Assembly (NCBI GenBank): GCA_965199995.1
Contig: OZ241328.1
Location: 524,316 to 588,315, forward strand
Direction of reading: 5' to 3'
DNA length: 64,000 nucleotides
From: Dehalococcoidia bacterium
GTDB taxonomy: Bacteria > Chloroflexota > Dehalococcoidia > Lucifugimonadales > UBA3495
Shown here piece by piece: positions 1-10,363 of the stretch. Position 1 is the stretch's first letter. Each line of letters starts with the position of its first letter. Both the position numbers and the translations under genes were made by a program. The notes beneath the pieces are model-generated. The model saw nothing but the letters and a program-made list of their open reading frames with translations, was not told where the DNA came from and searched no databases.

Positions 1-1
1 A

Positions 2-1969
2 GACAGCGAGCCTATTCCCATGGAAGAAGTGGAACCCGCGGCGGAAATCGTCAAGCGGTTCGCCACCGGCGCGGCCTCCCTAGGCTCCATCAGCCGGGAA
101 GCCCACGAGACGATGGCAATCGCCATGAACCGGATGGGAGCGCGGAGCAACACGGGAGAAGGCGGCGAAGATTATCGCCGTTACACCCGGGATAGGAACG
201 GGGACGACCGTAGCAGCGCCATAAAGCAGGTAGCTTCCGGGCGCTTCGGGGTTACCGCCAACTACCTGATAAACTCCACCGACCTGCAAATCAAGATGGC
301 CCAAGGCTCCAAGCCGGGAGAGGGAGGCCAGCTTCCCGGCCACAAAGTGGATGAATACATCGGTTGGGTGCGGCGCACTACCCCCGGGGTGGAGCTGATT
401 TCCCCGCCACCCCATCACGACATTTACTCCATCGAGGACTTGGCGCAACTGATTCACGACCTGAAGAACATCAACCCGGACGCGCGCATCCACGTGAAGC
501 TGGTGGCCGAGGTGGGCGTCGGCACCGTGGCTGCCGGGGTCGCCAAGGGACACGGCGACGTGGTGCTGATTAGCGGGCATGACGGCGGCACGGGCGCGTC
601 TCCCGAGTCGTCCATCAAGCACGCCGGACTGCCCTGGGAGCTGGGCATCGCGGAGACGCAGCAGGTGCTGGTAGCCAACGGACTGCGAAGCCGCATCGTG
701 GTGCAGACTGACGGGCAGTTGAAGACGGGACGAGACGCCGTGATAGCCGCCATGCTGGGAGCCGAGGAATTCGGTTTCGCTACGGCGGCCTTAGTAGTGA
801 ACGGGTGCATCATGCTGCGCAAATGCCATCTCAACACCTGCTCCGTTGGCATAGCGACGCAGGACTCGGAGTTGCGAAAGCGGTTCGCCGGCCGGCCAGA
901 GCACCTGGTAAGCTACTTTACCTTCGTCGCCGAGGAAATGCGGGAGATAATGGCGGAGCTGGGTTTCCGCACCGTGGCCGAGATGGTGGGCCGCGTGGAT
1001 GCTCTCGACGCCCGCGAAGCCATAGACCATTGGAAGGCGCAGGGTATTGACCTGTCCCGCTTGCTGTATCATCAGAAGGCTCGGACTCCCGGAGAGACGG
1101 TCTATTGCTCGGAGCGGCAAGACCATGGGCTGGAGCGGGCGCTAGATCATAAGCTGATAGCCTTGGCCGAACCGGCGCTGGAGAGTCAGACACCGGTTAG
1201 CGCAGTCTTGCCCATAAGCAACTCCAACCGTACCGTGGGGGCTATGCTCAGCGGCAAAATCGCTAAGGCTTACGGCGAGGCCGGATTGCCTCCCGATACG
1301 GTGCGCATAAACTTCACCGGGTCAGCGGGACAGAGCTTTGGAGCCTTCCTTGCGCCGGGAGTCACGCTGAACCTGGAAGGTGACACCAACGATTATATGG
1401 GGAAGGGTATGGCCGGTGGACGCATCGTTGTCAAACCCCACCGCGAATCCGCCTTCGTTCCCGAAGAAAACATAATCATTGGCAACGTGGCGATGTATGG
1501 CGCGACCGGGGGCCATGCGTTCATTAATGGTATGGCCGGGGAGCGTTTCTGCGTGCGCAACAGCGGCGTGAGGGCAGTGGTCGAGGCCGTGGGTGACCAC
1601 GGCTGCGAGTATATGACGGGCGGCGTTGTGGTCGTTCTGGGGTCTACAGGACGCAACTTCGCTGCCGGAATGAGTGGCGGCATCGCCTTCGTGTACGATG
1701 CTGACGGCGACTTCTCCATTCGCTTCAACGACGGACTGGCCGATTTGGAGCCGGTGGCGGAGGATGAGGACATCGCCACCCTGAAGGGGCTGATCGAAGA
1801 CCATTACAAATACACCGGCAGCGGGCCTGCCGGCCGCATCTTAGCCGACTGGAGTTCGGCCTTGCCTAAATTCAAGAAAATAATGCCTCGGGACTACCGC
1901 CGGGTGTTGGAAGAGCGGATGAACAGAGACCTGGCGGCCCGGGAACTGGAAGCCGTAACGCATGGGTAA
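2..1969 (+). CDS. gltB: glutamate synthase large subunit, central FMN and C-terminal GXGXG domains (5' end lies outside window)
   Basis: The frame is open to the window edge. Motifs seen: [21 protein letters not shown], and C-terminal [10 protein letters not shown]...[14 protein letters not shown]. It overlaps gltD by 8 nt. Confidence 0.93.
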   Translation, partial: DSEPIPMEEVEPAAEIVKRFATGAASLGSISREAHETMAIAMNRMGARSNTGEGGEDYRRYTRDRNGDDRSSAIKQVASGRFGVTANYLINSTDLQIKMAQGSKPGEGGQLPGHKVDEYIGWVRRTTPGVELISPPPHHDIYSIEDLAQLIHDLKNINPDARIHVKLVAEVGVGTVAAGVAKGHGDVVLISGHDGGTGASPESSIKHAGLPWELGIAETQQVLVANGLRSRIVVQTDGQLKTGRDAVIAAMLGAEEFGFATAALVVNGCIMLRKCHLNTCSVGIATQDSELRKRFAGRPEHLVSYFTFVAEEMREIMAELGFRTVAEMVGRVDALDAREAIDHWKAQGIDLSRLLYHQKARTPGETVYCSERQDHGLERALDHKLIALAEPALESQTPVSAVLPISNSNRTVGAMLSGKIAKAYGEAGLPPDTVRINFTGSAGQSFGAFLAPGVTLNLEGDTNDYMGKGMAGGRIVVKPHRESAFVPEENIIIGNVAMYGATGGHAFINGMAGERFCVRNSGVRAVVEAVGDHGCEYMTGGVVVVLGSTGRNFAAGMSGGIAFVYDADGDFSIRFNDGLADLEPVAEDEDIATLKGLIEDHYKYTGSGPAGRILADWSSALPKFKKIMPRDYRRVLEERMNRDLAARELEAVTHG

Positions 1970-3422
1970 ACCCACCGGATTTATGGAGTTTGGCCGGCAG
2001 TCCCCGGAGCGCCGGCCGGTGGCCGATAGGGTCAAGGACTACGGGGAGTTTTATCATCGATGGTCTGAAAAGGCAGCCCGAGAGCAGGGTGGCCGCTGTA
2101 TGGACTGTGCCGTTCCCTTTTGCCATACCGGCTGCCCGCTGGGCAATGTGATTCCCGAATTCAACCATTTTGTCTATATGGGGGATTGGGAAAGCGCTCT
2201 GCATACCCTCCTTTCCACCAACAACTTCCCGGAATTTACCGGACGTATCTGTCCCGCTCCTTGCGAGGCCAGTTGTGTCCTAAGCATCAATGCCGATCCG
2301 GTGGCCATCGAGTACATCGAGAAGGAAATATCCGACCGGGGCTACGAGGAAGGGTGGATCAGGCCGCAGCCGCCCACAGTGCGCACAGGCAAGAGGGTGG
2401 CGGTGGTCGGCTCCGGCCCGGCCGGACTGGCTGCCGCGCAGCAACTCAATCGCGCCGGACATTGGGTGACAGTTTTCGAGCGCGCCGAGTACATCGGGGG
2501 GCTGCTGGCCTTGGGTATTCCGGACTTCAAGCTGGATAAGGAAGTGCTGCGCCGCCGTCTGGCCATAATGGAAGAGGAAGGTGTCGCTTTCCAAACCGGA
2601 GTCAACGTGGGAGTGGACCTGTCCGCCGACCAGCTTCTCAACGACTTCGACGCGATTTGTTTGGCCTGCGGCTCAACACACCCCCGGGACTTGCCGGTCC
2701 CGGGCCGGGATCTGAGCGGCGTGCATTTCGCGATGGAATATCTTACCCAGCAGAACCGGCTCAATGCGGGGCAGCAGGTTTCGGCGGAAGACCGCCTGAC
2801 TGCCGAGGGCAAGCGGGTAGTGATTCTAGGGGGCGGAGACACGGGCGCAGACTGCCTAGGCACTGCTCACCGGCAGGGGGCGGAGCTGGTTAGCCAGTAT
2901 GAACTGCTGGCCGAGCCGCCGGTGAACCGCCCTGCTGGCAACCCCTGGCCGCAGTGGCCCATGACTCTGCGTTCCTCGGCGGCCCATGAAGAGGGCGGTA
3001 TCCGGGACTACGGCATCCTCACCAAGTCATTCTCCGGAAGCAGCGGCAAAGTGGAGAAGCTGCACGCGGTGCGGGTGGAGTGGAATCAGCCAGAAAATGG
3101 CGGACGGCCAGAGATGACCGAGGTTCCCAACAGCGAGTTTGAAGTGGAAACCGACCTGGTTTTGCTGGCTATGGGGTTTCTGCACCCGGAACACGATGGA
3201 CTTTTGATGCAACTGGGAGTGGAACTGGATCAGCGCGGTAACGTCAAAATAGGGCCGAACAGGATGTCTAGCGTTCCCGGCGTCTTTGCCGCGGGCGACA
3301 CGGCGCGGGGGCAATCCTTAGTAGTCTGGGCCATTGCCGAAGGCCGCGAAACCGCCCGGGCAGTTGACCTGTTCCTGATGGGCGAAACCAGCTTGCCTGC
3401 CTCGCTTCCGACGGCGTTGTAA
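1962..3422 (+). CDS. gltD: glutamate synthase small subunit (NADPH-dependent)
   Basis: 486 aa. N-terminal Cys cluster ([10 protein letters not shown]...CP), Rossmann motif [14 protein letters not shown] and C-terminal FAAGD. Confidence 0.92.
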   Translation: MGKPTGFMEFGRQSPERRPVADRVKDYGEFYHRWSEKAAREQGGRCMDCAVPFCHTGCPLGNVIPEFNHFVYMGDWESALHTLLSTNNFPEFTGRICPAPCEASCVLSINADPVAIEYIEKEISDRGYEEGWIRPQPPTVRTGKRVAVVGSGPAGLAAAQQLNRAGHWVTVFERAEYIGGLLALGIPDFKLDKEVLRRRLAIMEEEGVAFQTGVNVGVDLSADQLLNDFDAICLACGSTHPRDLPVPGRDLSGVHFAMEYLTQQNRLNAGQQVSAEDRLTAEGKRVVILGGGDTGADCLGTAHRQGAELVSQYELLAEPPVNRPAGNPWPQWPMTLRSSAAHEEGGIRDYGILTKSFSGSSGKVEKLHAVRVEWNQPENGGRPEMTEVPNSEFEVETDLVLLAMGFLHPEHDGLLMQLGVELDQRGNVKIGPNRMSSVPGVFAAGDTARGQSLVVWAIAEGRETARAVDLFLMGETSLPASLPTAL

Positions 3423-3505
3423 GGACGGGGGCCCTGTCGCTGGGTTAGAATTTCCGGCTGTCGGCCAGCAAAGTCCCCCATCGCCAACGCAGCTATGGGG
3501 CGGTT

Positions 3506-3823
3506 TTAGGAGCTGGACCCTGTTGCGCCGTCGCCATCAAACATTCCTGCGTTAGGGTTCTCGAGAATATACCCGATAACCAATTCGCAGGTTTCTGGAC
3601 TGCTTATAACAGCCACCCGACTTACGTCGCCTTTCATGCCGACTGTGAACTTGGGGAACTCGCACTCTTCGTCAACCCGTGTACCTTGGCCCACAACGTC
3701 GCCGACAGGTATCCCGGATTGCGCTGGCCCTCCCTCAATTTGTATCCAGGCGATGGTGTTGCCGGGAGACTCCGCAGATACGTCCGGCGAGAACAGCAGC
3801 AAGAAAATCACCGTAACAGCCAA
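3506..3823 (-). CDS. hypothetical small secreted protein
   Basis: 105-aa ORF with a signal-peptide-like N-terminus (MAVTVIFLLLFSPDVSA/ES) and an AT-rich region upstream. No family was recognised. Confidence 0.3.
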   Translation of the reverse strand: MAVTVIFLLLFSPDVSAESPGNTIAWIQIEGGPAQSGIPVGDVVGQGTRVDEECEFPKFTVGMKGDVSRVAVISSPETCELVIGYILENPNAGMFDGDGATGSSS

Positions 3824-4040
3824 GAATGCCTACCACGGGTTTACCCGTGTGAGGATTACCCAAGCATTTGGTGAATCTTTCCTTGGGATACTTCCAACCG
3901 GTACTTTGGCCTTTGAATAATTGTAATATATTGAAATAATATATATTCTATATATGCCAAGCCGGTTAATTGCTGTACGCGCCATGATGTCTGCCTGCGT
4001 GGGCGAGCTAAGGCGTGCTTTAGCGCGGCATAAACTTTTG

Positions 4041-4084
4041 CCCCTACTATTCATCATGAGCTTGTCCAGGATGAATAGTAGGGG
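4041..4084. repeat. perfect 15-bp-stem hairpin carrying the 'TCATC(C/A)TGAGCTTGTC' repeat motif, just downstream of pyk
   Basis: cccctactattcatc (4041-4055) pairs with gatgaatagtagggg (4070-4084). The loop motif recurs at 35104-35128 and 48699-48725. No clear U-tract follows. Confidence 0.6.
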
Positions 4085-4117
4085 CAGCTAAGCCCAAGGA
4101 GAGCGGCGTTCGTGTTG

Positions 4118-5578
4118 CTACTGCCGCAGGCCCACAACCTCCTCCTCGAAGCGAGGGCTGCGGACATTTTCCAAGTACTCCTGCATACTCAGCACTTGCA
4201 CGGCATTGGTGGTGCCGGAGACGCCGGTGAGGAAGCCGTGAACTATGGTAACGACGTCTTGCTCGCTGACCGCGCCCAAGTCCAGAGCCGATTGCAACAC
4301 CTGCCAGACCAGCTCAGCTACATCAGGCTGGACTGGGATGACCCCGGTGGGCTGAATACCCCAGCCGAGGCACAGCTTGCGCAGCACGGCGGGGTCGTGG
4401 GAGAAGGCTAGGATGTCGTTGGCCGGACGAAACCGGGCCAGCTCCAGCGCGGCTCTGCCGGTGCTGGTCAGGACGATGGGCTTGGAGTTGAGGGTGCGAA
4501 CCAGTCCCGCCGCCGCCGAGGTGATGGCCTGGGTGCGATCGTGGGTAATCATGTTCTTGTAGTAAGGATAGGATTCCGCCGATTCGGCCTCATTGATGGT
4601 TGAGGCGGCTACGCGCAGGGCCTCCACGGGGTATTGCCCCATGGCCGTTTCGTCGGAGAGCAGGATGGCGTCGGCCCCTTCCAGCACAGCGTTGCTCACG
4701 TCGGACACCTCGGCCCGCGTGGGCGTGGGGGAAATCACCATGCTGAGGAGCATCTGCGTGGCGATTACGACTCCTTTGCCGGCGGCATTGGCCTTGTCCA
4801 CGATGTGCCGCTGCACCCGGGGAACCCGCTCCATGGGAATCTCCACGCCCAAGTCGCCGCGGGCTACCATCACCGAGTCTACTTCGGGGAGGATGGAGTC
4901 GAGGTTGTCAATGCCTTCTCCCCGCTCCAGCTTGGCCATGACCATGGCCTTGCTGCCCGCGGCATTGAGGTGCCGCCGGGCGAAGTGAATGTCGTCGGCG
5001 GTACGAACGAAAGATACGGCTACCCAGTCCACCTGCTGCTCAACGCCGAAGAGCAGGTCGTCCCGGTCTTTTTCGGTGAATACCGGCTGGTCAATGGGAA
5101 CTCCCGGTAAGTTGACGCCCTTATAGGATGACACGACTCCGGTACTCATGGCGCGGCAGTAGACCCGGGAAGGGGTGGCTTCGGTCACCTCGAGGCGAAC
5201 ACTGCCGTCGGCGATGTAGACGAAGTTGCCCACCTGGAGATTTCTCAGAACTCCCGGTTGCGGAAAGGGCAGCACTCCGAGTTCTTGGGATCGCTCGTCG
5301 GCAGTGATGACCACTTCGTCGCCCAGGTTCACCGGACGCGCTTCTTCCAGCCGCCCTAGGCGGAGCTTGATTCCGCCCAGGTCCTGCAGGATGCCCACGG
5401 TGCGGTTGTGCTCCCTGGCGAGCCGCCGGATGCGCTCGATGACGGCGGCGTGCTGTTCGTGGGTGCCGTGGGAGAAATTGAGCCGGGCACAGTCCATCCC
5501 GTCGGCAATTAGCCGGCTTAGGGTTTCCTCGTCGTTGGATGATGGGCCGATGGTGACGATTATCTTGGTCTTGCGCAT
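4118..5578 (-). CDS. pyk: pyruvate kinase
   Basis: 486 aa. MRKTKIIVTIGPSS, ARLNFSHG and MVARGDLGVEIP motifs. Confidence 0.93.
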   Translation of the reverse strand: MRKTKIIVTIGPSSNDEETLSRLIADGMDCARLNFSHGTHEQHAAVIERIRRLAREHNRTVGILQDLGGIKLRLGRLEEARPVNLGDEVVITADERSQELGVLPFPQPGVLRNLQVGNFVYIADGSVRLEVTEATPSRVYCRAMSTGVVSSYKGVNLPGVPIDQPVFTEKDRDDLLFGVEQQVDWVAVSFVRTADDIHFARRHLNAAGSKAMVMAKLERGEGIDNLDSILPEVDSVMVARGDLGVEIPMERVPRVQRHIVDKANAAGKGVVIATQMLLSMVISPTPTRAEVSDVSNAVLEGADAILLSDETAMGQYPVEALRVAASTINEAESAESYPYYKNMITHDRTQAITSAAAGLVRTLNSKPIVLTSTGRAALELARFRPANDILAFSHDPAVLRKLCLGWGIQPTGVIPVQPDVAELVWQVLQSALDLGAVSEQDVVTIVHGFLTGVSGTTNAVQVLSMQEYLENVRSPRFEEEVVGLRQ

Positions 5579-5822
5579 TTTCGTTGGCCTCGAAATTTCG
5601 GGATGGGCACGAAATAACCGTCAGCCTGACAGGTTGCCGACCGGGGTAGCGGCGGCAATCCTGAAGTTCTATCCAAGCAGTGTAATACATTATGTTGATG
5701 GAAGGATATACCTTCCGTCTTTCTCCGCGAGCTCTCCCTCGGCAGATCCGGCGGCGGCGCTCAAAGTATTGCCGCGATGGATGACTGGGACGGCTGTGTT
5801 GAAGAAGCGGCGGCGCATCATG

Positions 5823-5849
5823 CAAAACGGGCCCGGGAAAACCGGGCCC
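5823..5849 (-). terminator. rho-independent terminator after the LLM oxidoreductase gene
   Basis: On the minus strand, stem GGGCCCGG / CCGGGCCC with loop UUUUC, followed by GUUUUG. Confidence 0.6.
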
Positions 5850-5920
5850 GCTCATTGATTCCGGCCATCCTTTGTCGGCAGGCGAATTTATGCCTGGCGG
5901 TTTCTCGCCCGCCGGCTGAG

Positions 5921-7090
5921 TTAGTTGCGGCTGCGGCCGGCGTCGTAGGTGTCGGTGGCCGCTTTCAAGCCGGCGTAGCGGTTAGCCTGCAACACTTCGA
6001 TGCGTTCTGCGGCCCACTGGTTGGATGTTTCAATGCCTATGAGAGAACCCTGGAAGTGGGGCATGACGTAGCGGGCCAGCAGTTCGTAGCTGCGGTGTAG
6101 CTTTTCGCGGGGCGCCCAGTCTTCGACGCGAATCATGAACTTGCCGAAGCCGCCGCTGATTTCTTGCAGCCGCTCGATGCCGGCGATGGCGTCGTCGGGG
6201 GTGCCGACAATCCACTGGTTGTGTTCGACCATGAAGTCCACTATCTGGTCCCGGGGAACGTCAGGCACCGAGTTGCCGAGGGTGCGGCCAAAGTATTCCG
6301 TGACCACGCGGGCGCTGCCTTCGCGGATGTCCTCGAAAGCCTGTTTCTTGCTGTCGGCCAAATGCAGGCCCATCACAATGCCCCAGTCCTCGCGGTGCAT
6401 AGTCTTGCCGTGTTCCGCCGCAGTCTCCTCGGCGATGTCCCACAGCTCCATCAGCGAGGTGCGGCGGATGGTGTCGCGGGGGACGCTGAGGGACAGCACC
6501 GAGGCGCCGTGCTTCCCGGCGGTGGTGACTCCGGCCGGGGATTCGACGGAGGCTACAGCCACCGGTATATGGGGGTACTGGTACGGGCGGAGCTGGATAA
6601 CGGCCTCGTTAAGCTCGAACCAGTCGCTCTTATAGCTGATGGGGTCGGTCTCGGTCATCAAGCGCATGATGACGCCCAGAGATTCGTCCATCATGGCGCG
6701 CTGATTCTCGGGCTTGATGCCCAGCATCAGCGCGTCGGAGGCCAAGGCGCCGGGGCCGACGCCGAGGATGACCCGGCCGCGGGTAAGGTGGTCAAGCTGC
6801 ACGAAGCGGTTGACGACCATATAGGGATGATGATAGGGCAGGCTTACCACGCCGGACCCTAGCTTGATGTTGCGGGTGCGCTCGGCGGCGGTGGCCATGA
6901 ATACTTCGGGCGAGGCGATGGTCTCCCAGCCCGCGCTATGATGCTCGCCGATGTAGGCTTCGTCGAACCCGAGAGTGTCCAGCCACTGAATCAGTTCTAG
7001 GTCGCGCTCCAGCGCCAGAGTGGGGTTCTCTCCCACCCGGTGGAACGGGGCCATAAATACGCCAAATTTCATCCTGTATGGGACAGTCAT
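5921..7090 (-). CDS. LLM-class (luciferase-like) flavin-dependent oxidoreductase
   Basis: 389 aa. N-terminus MKFGVFMAPFH...LGFDEAYIGEHHS is typical of the luciferase-like monooxygenase family. Confidence 0.8.
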   Translation of the reverse strand: MTVPYRMKFGVFMAPFHRVGENPTLALERDLELIQWLDTLGFDEAYIGEHHSAGWETIASPEVFMATAAERTRNIKLGSGVVSLPYHHPYMVVNRFVQLDHLTRGRVILGVGPGALASDALMLGIKPENQRAMMDESLGVIMRLMTETDPISYKSDWFELNEAVIQLRPYQYPHIPVAVASVESPAGVTTAGKHGASVLSLSVPRDTIRRTSLMELWDIAEETAAEHGKTMHREDWGIVMGLHLADSKKQAFEDIREGSARVVTEYFGRTLGNSVPDVPRDQIVDFMVEHNQWIVGTPDDAIAGIERLQEISGGFGKFMIRVEDWAPREKLHRSYELLARYVMPHFQGSLIGIETSNQWAAERIEVLQANRYAGLKAATDTYDAGRSRN

Positions 7091-7218
7091 CGCTTTTCCT
7101 CCCCGATAGCTGCCAGCTTATCAGTTACGATTTCCAGCCCATTCTATCACGGAGAGAAAATCCGTTGCTAAAAGGGAAGCGGATTAACGCAATGACGCTA
7201 GGAAGCGCGGAGCCGACG

Positions 7219-7275
7219 GCGGGAATCCACGAACCCAGTTAGGCAACATCATTCCAAAATCAGGCATCCTCAACG
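7219..7275. repeat. copy of the conserved ~57-nt core of the dispersed composite repeat family
   Basis: gcgggaatccacgaacccagttaggcaacatcattccaaaatcaggcatcctcaacg is near-identical to 44169-44226. A more diverged reverse-complement form lies in the 37953-38270 tandem units. Confidence 0.7.
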
Positions 7276-7444
7276 GTGTAGGATACAACTTTCCGTCGGA
7301 AAGGCCGGGGAGTATGTCAAAGGCGATGGCCCTTCCCCGTGCGGGGAATGTGGCGGGTAGGGCTTAATGTGGCGGGTACGTGGTATCTTTACGGAACCAG
7401 GAATCTGCCTATGGGGAGATAATCTGATACTGGGAGGTTGCGAG

Positions 7445-7870
7445 ATGCCCCAGATTAAGCACATCGCCATCGCCACCAACGATGCGGAAAAGACCGCCAA
7501 GTTCTATTCCGAGGTTTTTGGGCTGCGCCAAGTGGCGGCCCTGGATAGCGAGAATGCTAAGGGATTTATGCTCAGCGACGGCAACGTAAATATGGCTGTT
7601 CTGGACTTCCAGAATGACGCCGTGGCCGGAGAGCGCGGGAAAAACTGGGAAGGTATCCATCATATCGGCTTCGAAGTCGAGAGCCTGGAGGAAATCGAGG
7701 CGCGATTGTCGGCTGCCGGTTCCGCCGAGATGGAGTCGGTGAATCAGGCTCTGCACGCTGGGAATACAGGCCCGCGGCATCAGAACGTGGAGACCAAGTA
7801 CGAAGGCCCCAATGGTGAGATGATTGACGTCTCCCAGGTGGGCTGGGTCGGCACGCGAGGGTTCGACTAG
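7445..7870 (+). CDS. VOC/glyoxalase family protein
   Basis: The start was moved to the ATG at 7445, which has a GGGAGG RBS. MPQIKHIAIATNDAEKTAKFYSEVFGL matches the glyoxalase/bleomycin-resistance fold. Confidence 0.75.
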   Translation: MPQIKHIAIATNDAEKTAKFYSEVFGLRQVAALDSENAKGFMLSDGNVNMAVLDFQNDAVAGERGKNWEGIHHIGFEVESLEEIEARLSAAGSAEMESVNQALHAGNTGPRHQNVETKYEGPNGEMIDVSQVGWVGTRGFD

Positions 7871-7901
7871 GGTTCGCCGGGGAGAATCTTAGTCGCAAAG
7901 G

Positions 7902-7935
7902 AACGCCCGGCTGGCAACAGCCGGGCGTTTTTGTT
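7902..7935 (+). terminator. rho-independent terminator
   Basis: 12-bp stem aacgcccggctg / cagccgggcgtt, loop gcaa, followed by ttttgtt. Confidence 0.75.
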
Positions 7936-7950
7936 AAGGAGGATAGTTAC

Positions 7951-8466
7951 TCAGGGATTATTGATATTGCTTCGTATCCAATCCGGCAGTTCTTCTATAG
8001 GAAGCATATTGTCTGGGCGTTTGGTCAGCTTGAAGGTGACACTTTGGCCTTCGGCCATTCGGACAAGGGTGCCTGCCTTTCCTTCGGAGACTTCTCCCTT
8101 GCCCCAAGCGTTAAACATGCTACTTGCGGGACGGACGCCTAGGCAAAGCAGATAGTCGTACATTCGGTCAAGGCGGATGTGGTTGAACTGGAAACTTCCG
8201 CCCCTATCCTCTGATGCTGTTTTAACTTCAAAGCGCCTGCCGGTTATTTCCATATCGGCGCGGCTGATTCGTGAGATTTTGTCGCTGACGGAGAAACCAT
8301 GTATGGAAAGGAAACGCCGTATAAATTCTTCTCCAATGTCGCCACTATTAGTGTTGGCGACCTGACGAAAGGATTCCAAGGGCGCGTCCGTCCCAATAGT
8401 TTGAGGAGTGTTCTGCTCAATTACTTCGAGCATTAGCTCCAATGGATTTAGGCTGGGGGAGCCCAC
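7951..8466 (-). CDS. putative Type II restriction endonuclease (PD-(D/E)XK)
   Basis: 171 aa. D...EVK catalytic-like motif (RADMEITGRRFEVKTAS). It overlaps the upstream methyltransferase by 19 nt and sits in a lower-GC block. Confidence 0.55.
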   Translation of the reverse strand: MGSPSLNPLELMLEVIEQNTPQTIGTDAPLESFRQVANTNSGDIGEEFIRRFLSIHGFSVSDKISRISRADMEITGRRFEVKTASEDRGGSFQFNHIRLDRMYDYLLCLGVRPASSMFNAWGKGEVSEGKAGTLVRMAEGQSVTFKLTKRPDNMLPIEELPDWIRSNINNP

Positions 8467-9158
8467 AATCCGCCTTTCAGCCCCGGTTTCCAGAAAACTA
8501 GAAAGTAAGAGTGGTTTTTTCTGGCATGTACTTGTTTGACCACCCGGCTTACACCCGGCCGGTTGCGCCGCATCAGCACAAACAAGTCTTCGGCAATGAA
8601 TCCCATAGATTCATAGGACTGCATGACCTCGACGTGGGTGAATCTTTGGCGGTTGGAGCATACTTCATCCTGGCACTTCACGATGAAAACGCCGCGGTCG
8701 CAGAGGACTCGATAGGCTTCTTTTCCGGTTTCGGAATAGAGTTCCAATACGGCTTCGTGGTACTTGGCGGCGGTGCGATTGCCTGTTCCGTTATTGCGGT
8801 AGTATGTCTCGAAAGGTTCTTGTTCTACGTAAGCAGTTCCTCCGGGAGAATGCATATACGGAGGGTCGAACACAACGCAGTCGATTTCACCGTCAGCGTA
8901 AGGGAGGTTGCGGCAATCTACCCCGTCGGCCAAGTCGGTTGAGAGAAGGCGGTAGCGATGGGAAGGCACTTTTCGCCAGAACACTCCCTTGCCGTAGGTA
9001 ATGTCGGCAACGGTACTGCCCGGAGATACATAGAGGTTCAGGATTTTAGGGAAAAGTAACTCGTTAGAGCCTTCATACGCGCTCAGAACGAGGTCGGTTG
9101 AAGGCTCTCCGTTGGTTACGGTTCGCTTCCGTTTTTCCAAAAACAGGTCTTTCTGCAC
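8448..9158 (-). CDS. DNA methyltransferase (N6-adenine or N4-cytosine)
   Basis: 236 aa. AdoMet-binding-like DITYGKG is followed by the catalytic VVFDPPYMH (DPPY) motif. Confidence 0.8.
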   Translation of the reverse strand: MQKDLFLEKRKRTVTNGEPSTDLVLSAYEGSNELLFPKILNLYVSPGSTVADITYGKGVFWRKVPSHRYRLLSTDLADGVDCRNLPYADGEIDCVVFDPPYMHSPGGTAYVEQEPFETYYRNNGTGNRTAAKYHEAVLELYSETGKEAYRVLCDRGVFIVKCQDEVCSNRQRFTHVEVMQSYESMGFIAEDLFVLMRRNRPGVSRVVKQVHARKNHSYFLVFWKPGLKGGLWAPPA

Positions 9159-9167
9159 TCTGGTTCC

Positions 9168-9668
9168 TTACATAAACAGGGCGTAGTGGCCTACGATGAT
9201 TTCCTGTTGCAACTGGTCCCAGGCGGCGCGTTTTTCAGTAATCATCCGTTCCATAATTCCGGCGTCGCCCAGAAAGTGGTCGTTCCAGAGAGTGTCGCCG
9301 AACTGCATGGCTTCGAGGTGCAAGGTGAAGCCGTTAAGAATCATTCCGTTGAGGTTGGCCCGGTCGATGATGGAAAGGCATACGCCCTCATCGTCTCCCT
9401 GAGAGCCGTCCATCGGTTCGGCATACTCGTATACTCGCATTTCGATGCCCATGGCTTCGGGGGCATGGTTCACGAAAAAGAGATTGCCCGAGGTCCCCTC
9501 AGCGGTGGAAGTGCTTTCCATTCTCTCCCATTGGCAGTCGGCGCTTTGGAGATAGTTGTTGAGGTCGGTGGTTTCTTTTTGTTTTGTTATCCGAGTCAGC
9601 CAATAGACCGCCCCGGTAATCAGCAGGACTGCGGCGATAACCGCCACAACTACTATTGCAATTACCAT
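9168..9668 (-). CDS. hypothetical single-pass membrane protein, co-oriented with the R-M pair
   Basis: 166 aa with an N-terminal TM helix (MVIAIVVVAVIAAVLLITGAVYWL). It ends 9 nt before the methyltransferase start. Confidence 0.45.
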   Translation of the reverse strand: MVIAIVVVAVIAAVLLITGAVYWLTRITKQKETTDLNNYLQSADCQWERMESTSTAEGTSGNLFFVNHAPEAMGIEMRVYEYAEPMDGSQGDDEGVCLSIIDRANLNGMILNGFTLHLEAMQFGDTLWNDHFLGDAGIMERMITEKRAAWDQLQQEIIVGHYALFM

Positions 9669-9908
9669 ATAGTATCGCCGCCCTCCTTGTTGTGCACCTA
9701 TGTTTGAGACAAGATGGTTCGGGTTCTCGCTTTCGCGGGAATGGCGGGATAATGGGTGAATTACGGATCATTCATTAAACACGGATTGAATGGGTTCCCG
9801 ATTGCGCAGGAATGACGAATATGCCGGGAACTACGCATATGTATCGATCGGCGGGCCAGCGGGAGAATAATGCTCCTCCCGCTATTGGCCGGGTTGGGTA
9901 TGGGCACA

Positions 9909-9942
9909 CTATTGCGGAGATGACCGGTCATCTCCGCAATAG
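9909..9942. repeat. 34-bp perfect palindrome
   Basis: ctattgcggagatgacc|ggtcatctccgcaatag, located 9 nt downstream of the DUF35 gene stop. Confidence 0.7.
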
Positions 9943-9950
9943 CGAGTTAT

Positions 9951-10358
9951 TTACGCAGGGCGGAAGGCTAAGGAGGGGCGTTCCGGGTCCAAGTCTTCCA
10001 GATCCAAGGCCAGAGCCATGCCGGTCCTTATGGACTGGGGATTGGAGCCGTCTACTCCCGTTATGCGAGCGCTGATGCGCGGGCCTTCTTCCAGGGTGAC
10101 AATGCCGCTACAGTAGGGGTTGTTGCGTCCATAGCCTTTCTGCCCCCAGTAGTCAGGGACTACCGAGATGCAGGTAAAAGTGCTGAGGGTGGCTCGGCCG
10201 CTGAAAGCGTGCCAGGCCACGTCGGAGCTCCGGCAGTAGGGGCACATCGGACGGGCTTCCGGCGACAGCCTCCCACAGACGTTGCAGCGAATGCCAGTGA
10301 GCTGGCCGTCCTCGATGAGCCGCTTATAGTAGTTGGCGGCGTTGAATTCGCTGACCAT
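9951..10358 (-). CDS. Zn-ribbon OB-fold protein (DUF35 family), thiolase partner
   Basis: CNVCGRLSPEARPMCPYCRS zinc ribbon followed by an OB-fold region. The start was moved to the ATG at 10358, 5 nt after the thiolase stop. Confidence 0.8.
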   Translation of the reverse strand: MVSEFNAANYYKRLIEDGQLTGIRCNVCGRLSPEARPMCPYCRSSDVAWHAFSGRATLSTFTCISVVPDYWGQKGYGRNNPYCSGIVTLEEGPRISARITGVDGSNPQSIRTGMALALDLEDLDPERPSLAFRPA

Positions 10359-10363
10359 GGCGC

